Below are positions 32,356 through 43,218 of a stretch of DNA of 64,000 nucleotides, piece by piece (position 1 is the first letter of the stretch; each line of letters opens with the position of its first letter). The DNA comes from an uncultured virus (IMG/VR IMGVR_UViG_3300021400_000104) (lineage: Duplodnaviria > Heunggongvirae > Uroviricota > Caudoviricetes): the IMG/VR virus record IMGVR_UViG_3300021400_000104; one strand, 5' to 3'. Below the pieces are notes generated by a model that was given only the letters and a program-made list of their open reading frames with translations, was not told where the DNA came from and ran no database searches. The position numbers and the translations under genes were made by a program.

Positions 32356-35300
32356 TTTGAATAGTATTCCACGCTTTGATACCCATAGCCATAGTGAATA
32401 TTCAAATATAAGGCTTATTGATAGTATTTGTAAGATTCCGGATATGATTAAAACAGCGGCAAAATTAGGAATGCACGGGCTTGCATTAACGGATCATGAA
32501 TGTTTGAGTGGACATTTAAAGTGGTTACAGACAGAAAAGAAGTTAAAGGCTAACGGTGAGATTCCAGAGTATTTCAAATGTGCATGTGGAAATGAGATTT
32601 ATCTAGTTGAAGATAGAGGAAATATTGAAAGATATTGGCACTATATCTTAATTGCAAAAAATGCTAATGGGCATAAAGCATTAAGAGAGCTAAGTTCAAC
32701 AGCTTGGTATCATAGTTTTACAGCTCGTGGTATGACAAGAGTTCCAACTCAAATGTCAGAACTTAAAGCGATTATTAAAAAATATCCAAATTCATTAATT
32801 GCAACAACAGCTTGTATTGGTGGGTTCCTAGGGGGAAGAGTCTTAAAGTTAATTGAAGCTGAAGGCCAGAATGATGCAGATGCGGCTTATCAATGCAAGT
32901 GTGATATTGATGAATTTATTCGTTGGAATATTGAATTATTTGGAGATGACTTCTATATTGAGGTTGCAGCAGGTCAATCAAAAGATCAGATTAAATTTAA
33001 TAAAAGAGTTGGAATGATTGCAAAAGCATATAATAGAAAGATTGTAATTGGTTCCGATGCGCATTATCTAACTGCAAAAGAGCGCCCAATTCATAAAGCA
33101 TATTTAAATTCAAAAGAAGGCGATAGAGAAGTTGATGAATTTTATTTTGATGCTCATATGATGGATAATGATGAGGCGTATGAAAATCTTAAAGTTGCTT
33201 TTACAGAAGAAGAATTTAAAAAAATGTGCGCGGCCTCAATGGAAATTTATGATAAAATTGAATCTTATTCTTTAGAAAGAAATTCAATTATTCCAGAAGT
33301 TAAAGTTAAACACTATCCTCCGGTTATTATGATAAATTTAAATAATTGTGGGTATAAAGTATTATATGAGCTATTTAGAAGCGATAATATTCAAGAAAGG
33401 TATTGGGTAAATGAATGTTGGAACGCACTTGATTCAAAAGGACTATTAAACTTTAACGGAACATTAGAAGAAAGAGATAAAAGCTGGGAATATGTTAAAA
33501 GACTTGAAATCGAAGCCGATATAATTAAGACAATTGGTGATAAACTCGGAGATTGTCTATTTAAATATTTTAATACTTTTCAACATTTTATTAATCTATT
33601 CTGGGAGTGCGGCTCAATTGTTGGTCCTGGGCGTGGCTCTTCTGTGTGTTTCTTGTCAAACTATCTATTAGGTATCACTTAGCTTGATCCGTTGGTTTGG
33701 GAGCTTCCTTATTGGAGATTTTTAAACAAAGAGCGTGTAGAGCTACCAGATATTGATATAGATCTCTCTCCATCTAAAAGAAAGAAAATTTTTGAAGCGA
33801 TTCGTAAAGAGCGCGGCGAGCTAAATGTAATTCAGGTTTGCACTTTTGGGACAGAGGGCACACGTTCTGCAATCGCGGCAGCAGGTCGTGGATACCGTTC
33901 AGCAAAATATCCAAATGGTTTGGAGATTGAAACAACACAATATCTTAGCGGATTAATTCCGCAAGAACGTGGATTCTTATGGAGCATTAGTGATGTCGTA
34001 AATGGTAATGCAGAAAAAGGCAGGGCGCCGATTCGAGCTTTCATTGACGAAATTAATAAGTATCCTGGTCTTCTGGAAATTATTGAATCAATTGAAGGAT
34101 TGGTAAATAAAAGAGGCCAGCACGCATCTGGTGTTATCCTTTATAATAGTAGTCCCACTGATACTGGAGCAATTATGAGAAGCCCAAATGGAGACTTAAC
34201 AACACAGTTCTCCCTTCATGATGCTGAGGCGATGGGAGATGTTAAGTATGATTTTCTTGTAACTGAAATCTGTGATAAAATTACAACTTGTATTGAGCTA
34301 ATGCAAAAGGATGAAATTGTTCCAAAGGAAAAGAAATTAAGAGAAATCTATGACAGTTATCTTCACCCATCTAAGATTAATCTCAATGATCAGAGATTAT
34401 GGGAAGCCCTTGGTAAAGGCGAAGTTCTTGATGTTTTTCAATTTAGTACTGGCGTAGGATTAGCAACTGCAAAAATGGTAAAACCAAAGAACCCGGCAGA
34501 GCTTACTTCCGCAAATGCACTTATGAGACTGATGGGAGAAAAAGGTAAGGAGCGCCCTCTTGATAGATATTGTAGATTAAAGTCAAATATGAATTATTGG
34601 TATCAAGAAGTGAGGAATAGAGGATTGAGCGAGGAAGAAATTAAAATCCTTGAGCCATATTATCTTCCAAACTATGGCGTTCCGGCATCTTAGGAAGACT
34701 TGATGATGGTTTGTATGGATGAAAAATTAGCTCACTTCTCTTTGAAAGAAGCAAATGCAGCGAGAAAAACAGTTGCGAAGAAGCATATGGAAGAAATTCC
34801 TATCTTAAAAGAAAAGTTTGTATCTCAATGCCCGAATAGAAATCTTGGAGAGTATGTTTGGGAAACAACAATGGGACCTCAAATGGGTTATGCATTCGCA
34901 AAACCTCATGCTCTTGCTTATTCATTTGTAGGTATTTAGACTCTATATCTTGCGACAAATTACCCTGCAATTTATTGGAATTGCGCGTGCTTAATTGTTA
35001 ATGCCGGTGGCGCTGATCTTCTTGATGCAGATGATGTAAATGATGATGAAGACGTTAAGGTTAAAAATAAGAGCGTTAACTATGGTAAAATTAGCGCAGC
35101 GATAGGTGAGTCCAAGACAAAAGGTATTACGGTACTTCCTCCAGATATTAACCTTTCCGACTTAATTTTTAAGCCAGATATTGACAGAAATGCAATCATC
35201 TATGGTATGAAAGGTATTAACAGAATTGGTACTCAACTTGTTTATGACATTTTTAAAAATAGACCTTATGATTCAATTGAAACATTTTTGGAGAAGGTTA

Positions 35301-36298
35301 AAGTAAATAAGCTCCAAATGATTGCTTTGATAAAGGCAGGAGCTTTTGATGAACTTTATAATGGCGATAGAAAAAAAGTTATGGAATTATATCTTGAAAA
35401 CGTATCAGATAAGAAAAAGAGAATTACTTTACAGAATATGTAGATGCTTATTGCAAAAGATATGATTCCGTCGGAGCTTCAATTTGAGTGTAAATTGTTC
35501 AATTTTAATAAGTATCTTAAGAATTTTAAAGATGGAATCTATTATGACTTAGATACAATTGCAATGCGCTTTTACTTAGAAAATTATGATGATACTAAAC
35601 TTGAAGAAGTTAAGGTTGAGGGAAATGAACAATTTGCAAAAATTAAGCAAAATTTATGGGATAATATTTATAAGAAGGGCATGGATTCAGTCCGTACTTG
35701 GATGAAGGAAAATCAAGAAAAAATCCTAAATGATTTGAACGAGAAATTGCTAAAAGAAATTTGGGATAAATATGCAGAAGGAAATTTATCTAAATGGGAA
35801 ATGGATAGTCTTGGTTTTTATTATCATGATCATGAGCTGCAAAATTTGAGAAATGATATTTATGGAGTTAGCGATGCTATGAAACTCCCTGAAGAACCAG
35901 AAGTTGAACGGTCTTTTACAACAAAAGATGGAACTGAAATTGTTATGTTTAAGATTACTCGAATTGCAGGAACTGTAATTGATAAAGATAAGAACAAAAG
36001 TTCTATCATTCTTTTAACTCCTTCTGGTGTTATTACTGTTAAGGTATGGAAAAATCAATTTGCAGCTTGGGATAAACAAATTTCTGAACGCGGCACTGAT
36101 GGTACAAAGCACGTTATTGAAAAAAGTTGGTTCTAGAGAGGAACAAAATTAATTATAACTGGAATAAGGCGTGGAGATAATTTCATTCCAAAAAAATATA
36201 AAAGTACAGAATGGCCGCTATTTGAAAAAATTGATGAAATAGACGAAAAAGGTTGGATATTATCTTCTGCTACAGAAAGAGCTGAGGTCGATGAATAA
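32348..36298 (+). CDS. dnaE: DNA polymerase III alpha subunit (family C), 1316 aa
   Basis: PHP motifs HSHSEYS/LTDH, GPGRGS, PDIDID, HASGV, KYDFL, S[Q]E, YAFAKPHA and PPDIN. Five track ORFs are joined by five TAG. Confidence 0.95.
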
Positions 36299-37242
36299 TG
36301 GCAGTTATTGGACTTTATGATATAGATATGTGGCATAGGGGTCGTTCAGGCCCCAATCTTGAGCTAATGAAAACTTATAATTATTACAATAATAAAGGGC
36401 ATAAAGTTATAATGATGAGACCAGAAGAAGATGAAGGTAGATATAATAAAATTATTTATTTTAAAGAAAACCCAAGAATATAGTTACCAAAAAAATTAAT
36501 TGTTAATGGAGATAAAAAAGAAATTTATGGATTTGGATTTTATAATAAATTTTTTCCATTAAATCAAAAAATTATAAGCTGTCCTCCAGATTTTTCTCCA
36601 TATGATTTATGGTCATATAAACTATATACTTTTGGCATGTCATATAATAATTTTAAAAATTGTTCTTTAGTTAGATTTGAAAATGAAGACTTTTGTAAAT
36701 ATAATAAAAATGTCTTACCTTTAATATTTGTTGATTATAATTTTTTAGATTTACCTGATGCAGATAAGTGTTTATAGAAATATAAAAATCATCGTTTTTA
36801 TTTTTATCATACTTTATGGGCAAAAGACGAAGCGACTTATTATAAATTTGAACCATATCTATCACTTATTAATGATTATATCATAATTGATTTTAGGTAT
36901 AGTGAAAATTTCTTTTTTGACAATTTTAAAAATGAAAAAATTGTTTTTAAATTTGGAAAAAGAGAAAATGAGACTATATTAAATTATTAGCTAAGAAATA
37001 TTAAAATGGGACTAATTTATAAGAACAATAATATTCGTTTCAAACTTCCATTTCATCCAATTATTTACAATGACCTCGATGAAAAAATTATTAATTGGAT
37101 GAAGAGCAAAACAAATGAATCTTTTGAAAAAATGTATGGAAGTAAAAATATAATAAATTTACCCTCAGAAATGAGATTATTATTAAAACAAAATCCATTA
37201 ACTATAGATACTTCTTAGATTGACTTTTATAAAAATTTATGA
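36298..37242 (+). CDS. Hypothetical protein with a radical-SAM-family-like N-terminus but no CxxxCxxC
   Basis: IGLYDID...PNLELMK...KGHKV; open to TGA 37240-37242 with TAG read-through. Confidence 0.65.
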
Positions 37243-37248
37243 TATAAT
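37220..37248 (+). promoter_or_regulatory. Sigma-A-type promoter
   Basis: TTGACT-N17-TATAAT with extended TG. Confidence 0.78.
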
Positions 37249-37272
37249 ACATATAGTAAAGGAGGGATAGTA

Positions 37273-37449
37273 ATGACTGATAAAGAAAGATATTCTTAGG
37301 TTTGCTTTGAATTAAAGCAAAAGCAAGCAGAACTTGAATCAATTAAACTTGATTTATTTGTATTGAATCCACATATTAAAGATTTAGTAGTAGAGATTGA
37401 AAAACTCACTGTAGAGAAAAATGAGCTGGAGGATAGAATAAATGACTGA
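37273..37449 (+). CDS. Small coiled-coil protein
   Basis: GGAGG RBS, one TAG, heptad pattern. Confidence 0.6.
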
Positions 37450-38182
37450 AGCACAATAGATTGCATTTATGAAAGATGATGGCACGATTAAGTCAAAAGA
37501 TGAATTTTTAAAAGATGTCGAAAAAATTTATGATAATATAAAAGAAAATCTTTCTGAAACCGAATAGGAATAGTCAACAGTTAATCTTTTGACAGATCCA
37601 GAAAACTAGATTGATCCTGAAGCTGTCCTACAAACTTATGATTTTATGGACAGATCGGTTTTTATTACAGATGAAATTGAAATGTCTCATGCAAATAGTG
37701 TCTTTGAAATAATTAAATTTTGGAATAATGCAGATGAAATGGATGAAATTCCAGTAGAAAAACGAAAGCCAATTAATGTATTTATTAATACACCTGGTGG
37801 AGATTTAGACGCAGTATTTAGTATTATTGGAACAATAAAAGTTTCAAAAACCCCTGTCCATACATATACAATTGGAACTGGGTATAGCGGAGGTTTCTTT
37901 ATAGGAATTTCAGGACATAAAAGATATGGATTCCCATATAGCTCATATATGTTTCATGAGGGATCTATGGCAGATGGTGGAGACGCTCACAAATTCCTAC
38001 AAAGAGTAGAATTTTATAAGGCACAACTAAGAAGATTAAAGAATATTGTAATTGATAATACAAATATTACTTCAGATCAATATGAAGAATTTAAGAATAA
38101 TGACTGGTTTATGGATCCAAATGATGCTCTTAAATATGGAGTAATTGATGAAATAGTAGAGAGTTTTGAAGGGAAGGAGTGA
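37442..38182 (+). CDS. clpP: ClpP-like serine protease with N-terminal extension
   Basis: INTPGG, GYSGG (Ser), MFHE (His), DWFM (Asp) and GVIDEI motifs; four TAG, all in the N-terminal extension. Confidence 0.85.
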
Positions 38183-38187
38183 TATAA

Positions 38188-38988
38188 ATGAAGAGTAATA
38201 CAAAGAAACACATTGAAAATTTTATGAATTTTTCTAATGGTGGTGACACTTTTAATTAGATTATGATGGTATTAGATTTGCCTGATGATTAGTTTGATAA
38301 AGTTTATCCTGATTTTAAGAAATAGCTAATAGGTGCTTTTCAAGACTTAAATGTTCAGAGAGAAGTGATTAATACAGTTAGATTAAATAAGACTTCTCCA
38401 AAAGAGCGTGAAGAGGTCATTCAAGCATTTCAAGAAGTTATTAATGAAATAAATTAGGATGACACTTTATCAGATAATAAGAAGGATATGTTAAATACAT
38501 TAATTAATACTTCTATTAATATTACTTTTGATATTGCGGATAATCCAAGAGAAAGAATTAATGTTAATATTCAAAAGATTAGTCCTGACGCAATTCTCCC
38601 AAAGTATGCTCATCCTTCTGATGCCGGCGCAGATATTTTTGCAGTAGAGGAAACTATCATTCCTCCAAATTCTACCGTGCTAATTAAAACTGGATTAAAA
38701 GTTGCAATCCCATGCGGATATGAAATTCAAATTAGACCTCGTTCAGGACTCAGTCTAAAGACTCCTTTAAGAGTTGCAAATGCACCAGGTACTATTGATA
38801 GCAATTATCGTGGAGAAATTTGTGTTATTATGACAAACATGGGAAATAATGCTTTGACAATTAATAAAGGAGATCGAATTGCTCAAATGGTAATTTCTCC
38901 ATCTCCAATGATTGTATGGAATGAAACAGATAATCTTGATGAAACTGATCGAGGAGACGGCGGTTTTGGTTCGACAGGTAAGAGCTGA
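38188..38988 (+). CDS. dut: Trimeric dUTPase with ~120-aa N-terminal domain
   Basis: AGAD, RPRSG, GTIDSNYRG, RIAQ and RGDGGFGSTG motifs; ATG at 38188 after AAGGAG; four TAG, all in the extension. Confidence 0.9.
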
Positions 38989-38993
38989 TTCTT

Positions 38994-39719
38994 ATGGGAA
39001 ATAGACTTAAAATTGAAGATGTAAAATAGAATATAGAAAGTCAAGGTTGGCATTTAATTTCAGAAGAATATATTAATTTAAAAACTGACCTTCAGGTAAA
39101 ATGTCCTGAAGGTCATGATTGCTTTGTATCTTATGATAAATGGAGAAAAGGAACTTTTGAATGTCCTATATGCAAATAGAACCAATATTATAAAACAGAT
39201 AATATTGCCACAAAGAAAAAAGGATATAGAATATTGGCTTTTGATCAAGCTAGTATAACTTCTGGATGGGCAGTTTTTGATGGAGAAACATTGATTAAAT
39301 ATGGAAAGTGGACTTCTGAAGGAACTCATAGTACGGAACGTATCGCAAAAACAAAATATTGGATTGCTGGAATGATTCAAAAATGGTAGCCTGATTAGGT
39401 TATTTTAGAAGATATATAGCTTTAGAAATTTAATGACGCCGCGGAAGGAGTTACAACATATAAAAAATTAGCTCATTTACAAGGAGTATTAAAAAATTAT
39501 TTATATGAATAGCAAATAGCATACACTGTTGTTCCACCGGCGACTTGGCGTGCATATTCAGAAATTAAGGGGAAAACAAGACAAGATAAAAAGAAAAATG
39601 CCCAACTTAAAGTCAAGCGTTTCTATGATGTTAGTGTTACTCAAGATGAAGCAGATGCAATTCTAATTGGTCGTTGGGCAATGCACTAGCACAAGTCTTC
39701 AGAAATTATTGAATTTTAA
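38994..39719 (+). CDS. ruvC: RuvC-like Holliday junction resolvase with N-terminal zinc ribbon
   Basis: CPEGH...CPIC, then ILAFDQAS..SGWAV, VILED, LQGV, PATWR and DEADA; eight TAG. Confidence 0.8.
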
Positions 39720-39752
39720 AAGGGCGAGAAAATATTTCTCGCCCTTTTATTT
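39718..39752. terminator. Bidirectional terminator between convergent arms
   Basis: AAAAGGGCGAGAAA-ata-TTTCTCGCCCTTTT. Confidence 0.8.
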
Positions 39753-40109
39753 AACTTTATAAATACACCAGATATATCTCTTAGAAGGATTAAAAGTGTC
39801 ATAACAAATTCCATCTATTACACAAGTAATATGCCCACTCATTGTCACAAGATACCGTCCAGGCAACTCGAGATTTAAAAAATCTTGTAAAGTATCTATT
39901 TTTTCATTCTGACACCAACGTGGATAAAGTTCTGAAAGATATTCATTAATAAATTCAACCTCAGAAAAAGTAATTGCTTCTTCCTATGCAAATTTAGATA
40001 ATTCTTCAAAAGTTTCATCCCAACTTTTCTCTGTTGCAAGAGAAATTGCTCTAACTGTGCAGTCATTTACATGACGCCCGAGCGGATTTGCATTATAATA
40101 TTTATACAT
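39747..40109 (-). CDS. Small putative Cys-His peptidase-like protein
   Basis: MYKYYNANPLGRHVNDCTVRAI...GHITCVIDG..YDTF; one TAG. Confidence 0.65.
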
Positions 40110-40588
40110 TAAATTTTTTTAATCTTATCAATATGTTTTCTAACAATTTCTTTCTCCTAAGATGTTTCTGCCATATCCATCAAAGATTCAATGAAATTAA
40201 CGATTGCCCCCATTGTCATTTCAATTCCTTCAACCATTCTTTCATTAGATCCGCCGTCACGATAGCGAGAACGACCTGCACTATAATCATCAAGCCCATC
40301 TCTCATGCGATTAAAATATCTATCCCATCTCGTATCCATCGGGTAGTGTCCATAATCATCAGTATAACGTCCTCTACTATCACGGCTCCTTGCATTATAA
40401 TCATCATAGCGATAATCTCCACGACGGTCATACATTTCGTCCTCACCTCCATTTTCTTTTTCATAAATTTCAAGTATATCTTTATAAATATCAACAAGTT
40501 TGTTTGTTGTTTCAAGATTAGAAGCTGTCAACCCTTTCTCTGCAATACTATCCAGCTCTTTTTTTACTTTCTTTTGAAGTTCTTTCAT
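40109..40588 (-). CDS. Hypothetical protein with Arg/Asp/Tyr-rich low-complexity centre
   Basis: Track ORF extended through TAG to TAA 40109, which overlaps the next ATG. Confidence 0.75.
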
Positions 40589-41004
40589 TATCCGTTCTCT
40601 CCTCCTGTTATAGTAGCCTCTTCAATTGGCAAAGATGGTGCTGCAGCATTACGATTACAACAATTACAATTGATATTTCCAAGCAACTTAAAAACACCTT
40701 CTCCTATATTTGTATATACTCTAGTGGCGTATCTTGTTCTAGGAGAAATTGAACATGCTTGAACATTTGTACAATTATTATTTACTAACGGATAAGTTGG
40801 AGTAGCTACTCCTCCAATTGTAATTGCAACGTCTGCGGCAATTGTTGTTTCTACAGGAATATCCTATGCAATCACTATACAATATTTTTCCCCGTTCTCA
40901 TAAGCTCCTGCCGGCAAATCAATTAAAAGAGTTCCGTCTGAAAAAGTAACGCTTTGAGAAATAATAAAATGATTACATAAGCTCCCAACGCATTTGCAAG
41001 CCAT
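40588..41004 (-). CDS. Cys-rich beta-type hypothetical protein
   Basis: MACKCVGSLC...KYCIVIA[Q]DIP...NCNCCNR; stop and start are coupled to the neighbouring gene. Confidence 0.75.
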
Positions 41005-41018
41005 TAAGCATCACTTCC

Positions 41019-41978
41019 TTAGAAGTTGCCGCAACCGCAAGCATTTACACCATTATAATTCAAAGACTGATATGGGGAGTTAACTAACCAAGCAGGTCTT
41101 GCAATTGGCTAAAGCTGATTAATAATCGCATCGGTCTAAGCTGCCTAAGAAATTTGGAACTTAGCGCTCTGAAGTTCACTACGAAGTTCCTCCATCTTAC
41201 TCTGATTCCAATAATCAATGAGCCTATCTCCAACATGGTCAATTGCTGCCATAGTCTAGCTCTGATTCTATGCTAAAGTATAACGAATATCGTCTTGCCC
41301 CTTCTCAATATCGCAAGCATTGGTAGCAATTGCAGTAGCAAGATTATTAAAACCAGTTTGATTATTGAAGTTAGACTGCATAATAGATTCGCGAGTTTCA
41401 CAGCAACAATTAGCCATATTATAATTTGTATTTGCAATGGCAGACTAAATTCCGTTAAATCCGTTGCAAAGAGCGCTCTAAATAGTATTTGTTCCATTAT
41501 TAACATTAGTATTAATACTATTAATGCCATTATTAAAAGTGGCAGTTAATCCATTAAAACCTTGACAGCTCTAAAGCGCGGCCTAGCCAAAACCTGTCTA
41601 CATTGCTGTACCTAAGTTTGTGGTAGCAAGATTATTCTGATAAAAACCATTTGTTACAGCCTCATGTGTTGCTCTAATTCCATTATCAAGAGAATTAAAA
41701 TTAAAAGCATCTGTAATTCCCTGTGTTGTTGCTGGTGAGCAACATGGAGAATAGCCACCGAAACCTCCAAAACCTGATGTCGCTGCTGGTACAACAACGG
41801 TATTTGTTCCACCGCCATTATTACCGCCATTATTCCAACCACCGCCCATCATTGCGCCGAAGAATAGAATTAAAATGATAACCCACCAAGCACCCTATCC
41901 TCCAAATAATCCATTGTTGCCGTCATTACTTCTTTGTAACGCAAGAGCGTCAGCTACAGTAAGTCCTTTTTCTTCCAT
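41019..41978 (-). CDS. Gly/Asn-rich membrane-anchored protein with CCC motif, 319 aa
   Basis: GGAGG RBS; GAWWVIILILFF transmembrane segment; NCCCETR; C-terminal coiled coil and ACGCG; many TAG. Confidence 0.8.
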
Positions 41979-42011
41979 TAATAATACCTCCAAAATAATT
42001 ATATTTTATGC

Positions 42012-42245
42012 TTATCTCAACATTTGCATAAAGGAGTTAAATTCTGAATTAAAGTCGAGTCCTTTTTGTGCAAAAATTGAGGAAGCAAGATTAACTAAAT
42101 CATTTGTATTGCCGCCTTGAGCAAATTGAATCATCTATTTAACTCTTGGATCTGTAATTTGATTATTTTTTAACATAGATAATACAAACTGCTATGGGTC
42201 GCGGCCTTTAACAAGCTATACTAGCTAAGACATATTCTACATCAT
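42012..42245 (-). CDS. Small Gln/Met-rich hypothetical protein
   Basis: MM[Q]NMS[Q]LV[Q]LVKGRDP[Q]Q...; its ATG overlaps the upstream TGA. Confidence 0.65.
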
Positions 42246-42652
42246 AATGCCCAATCCTCCCCTTTCTTTTCAGATTTCTTAAAACGTGCCTCGATTGCGG
42301 AAATTTTTTCGATACATGTATTAAGCTGTTCTTGTAATGTTTCAATTGTAGGAGCCGTATTTTTTTCTTCCTACTATTGCTATTCGTTTGTAAAAGGAAT
42401 AATTTTATATGGATAAAACAAAGGGTTCCCATTTTGCATAGTTTTAATATACATCACATTTTCTGGCAAACAAAGAGCTATTGATACGCCGGCACCACAA
42501 GGAACATTAGCAACTTCTAAAGTTGAATTAATGTTATAAACATTCCCTTGCGGTTGTGGAAAAAGCGGCTATATTTGCTATTGCTACTATCCATTGAGTT
42601 GCATATTCTACTAACCTGTAAGAGATTGCTATGGCTAAAAACTAAATGCCAT
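42242..42652 (-). CDS. Gln-rich hypothetical protein with C-terminal coiled coil
   Basis: GGAGGTGA RBS; Gln-rich tract of mixed TAG and CAA codons. Confidence 0.7.
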
Positions 42653-42804
42653 TTCATATCACCTCCGCATCATTCTTACACTTAAAAGTGGGTTTCGACT
42701 TAATTACTTTGTATGGAAAATCTAAAGAAGAATAAAAATTCTACCTTTTAAACAAAAATATCTTTATATTTTTGTATAATTTTTATAAAAGTTGGTGATT
42801 TTAA

Positions 42805-43182
42805 ATGATGATAAAAAGAAAGAATATTGATAAAATAAATCAATTGTTTAACAGGCTATCAAATGAAAGATTCGATATAAAACTGCAATATAAATTAATA
42901 AAAATTAAAAAAGCTATATAGGAAGAAGCAGACATATATTAGGAGTAGCTTTTTAAAAATTGTAGTCCTTTTTTTGAGTTGGACGAAAATGGATAGCCAA
43001 TTGTAAATTCAGATGGAGGATTTAAAATACAAGAACAATATATTGTAAAATGTAATAATATATTAAAAGACTTAAATAAACTCGATGTTTAGATACCCGA
43101 TATTTATTTCTCTATTGATGAATTAGAGCCATTAAATTTAACATTCGGTGAATTAGAAATTCTAATGCCATTTATACAGTAA
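42805..43182 (+). CDS. Hypothetical phage protein (DUF1617-like)
   Basis: Lone plus-strand gene with TG-TATAAT upstream (~42772-42780); DENG[Q]P motif; five TAG. Confidence 0.6.
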
Positions 43183-43186
43183 AAAG

Positions 43187-43218
43187 AAAAGAGCGGAGAT
43201 ATTACTCCGCTCTTTTTT
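43187..43218. terminator. Bidirectional terminator
   Basis: AAAAGAGCGGAG-atatta-CTCCGCTCTTTTTT between convergent genes. Confidence 0.75.

Noticed and set aside
11205..36298. Pseudogenes or sequencing errors in nrdD, dnaE, primase, recJ and phoH
   Set aside because: All interruptions are in-frame TAG, with no frameshifts or internal TAA/TGA seen, and many fall on conserved Gln.
32348..36298. Intron or intein splitting dnaE (or nrdD)
   Set aside because: Fragments are directly contiguous across single TAG codons, with no inserted sequence or intein motifs seen.
40088..40762. 224-aa plus-strand ORF
   Set aside because: Antisense to coupled minus-strand genes that have clear starts; its composition is implausible.
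42653..42804. Suppressor tRNA in intergenic gaps (also 10803-10977, 21192-21292, 31386-31503)
   Set aside because: No cloverleaf or T-loop pattern was recognised; it probably lies elsewhere in the genome.
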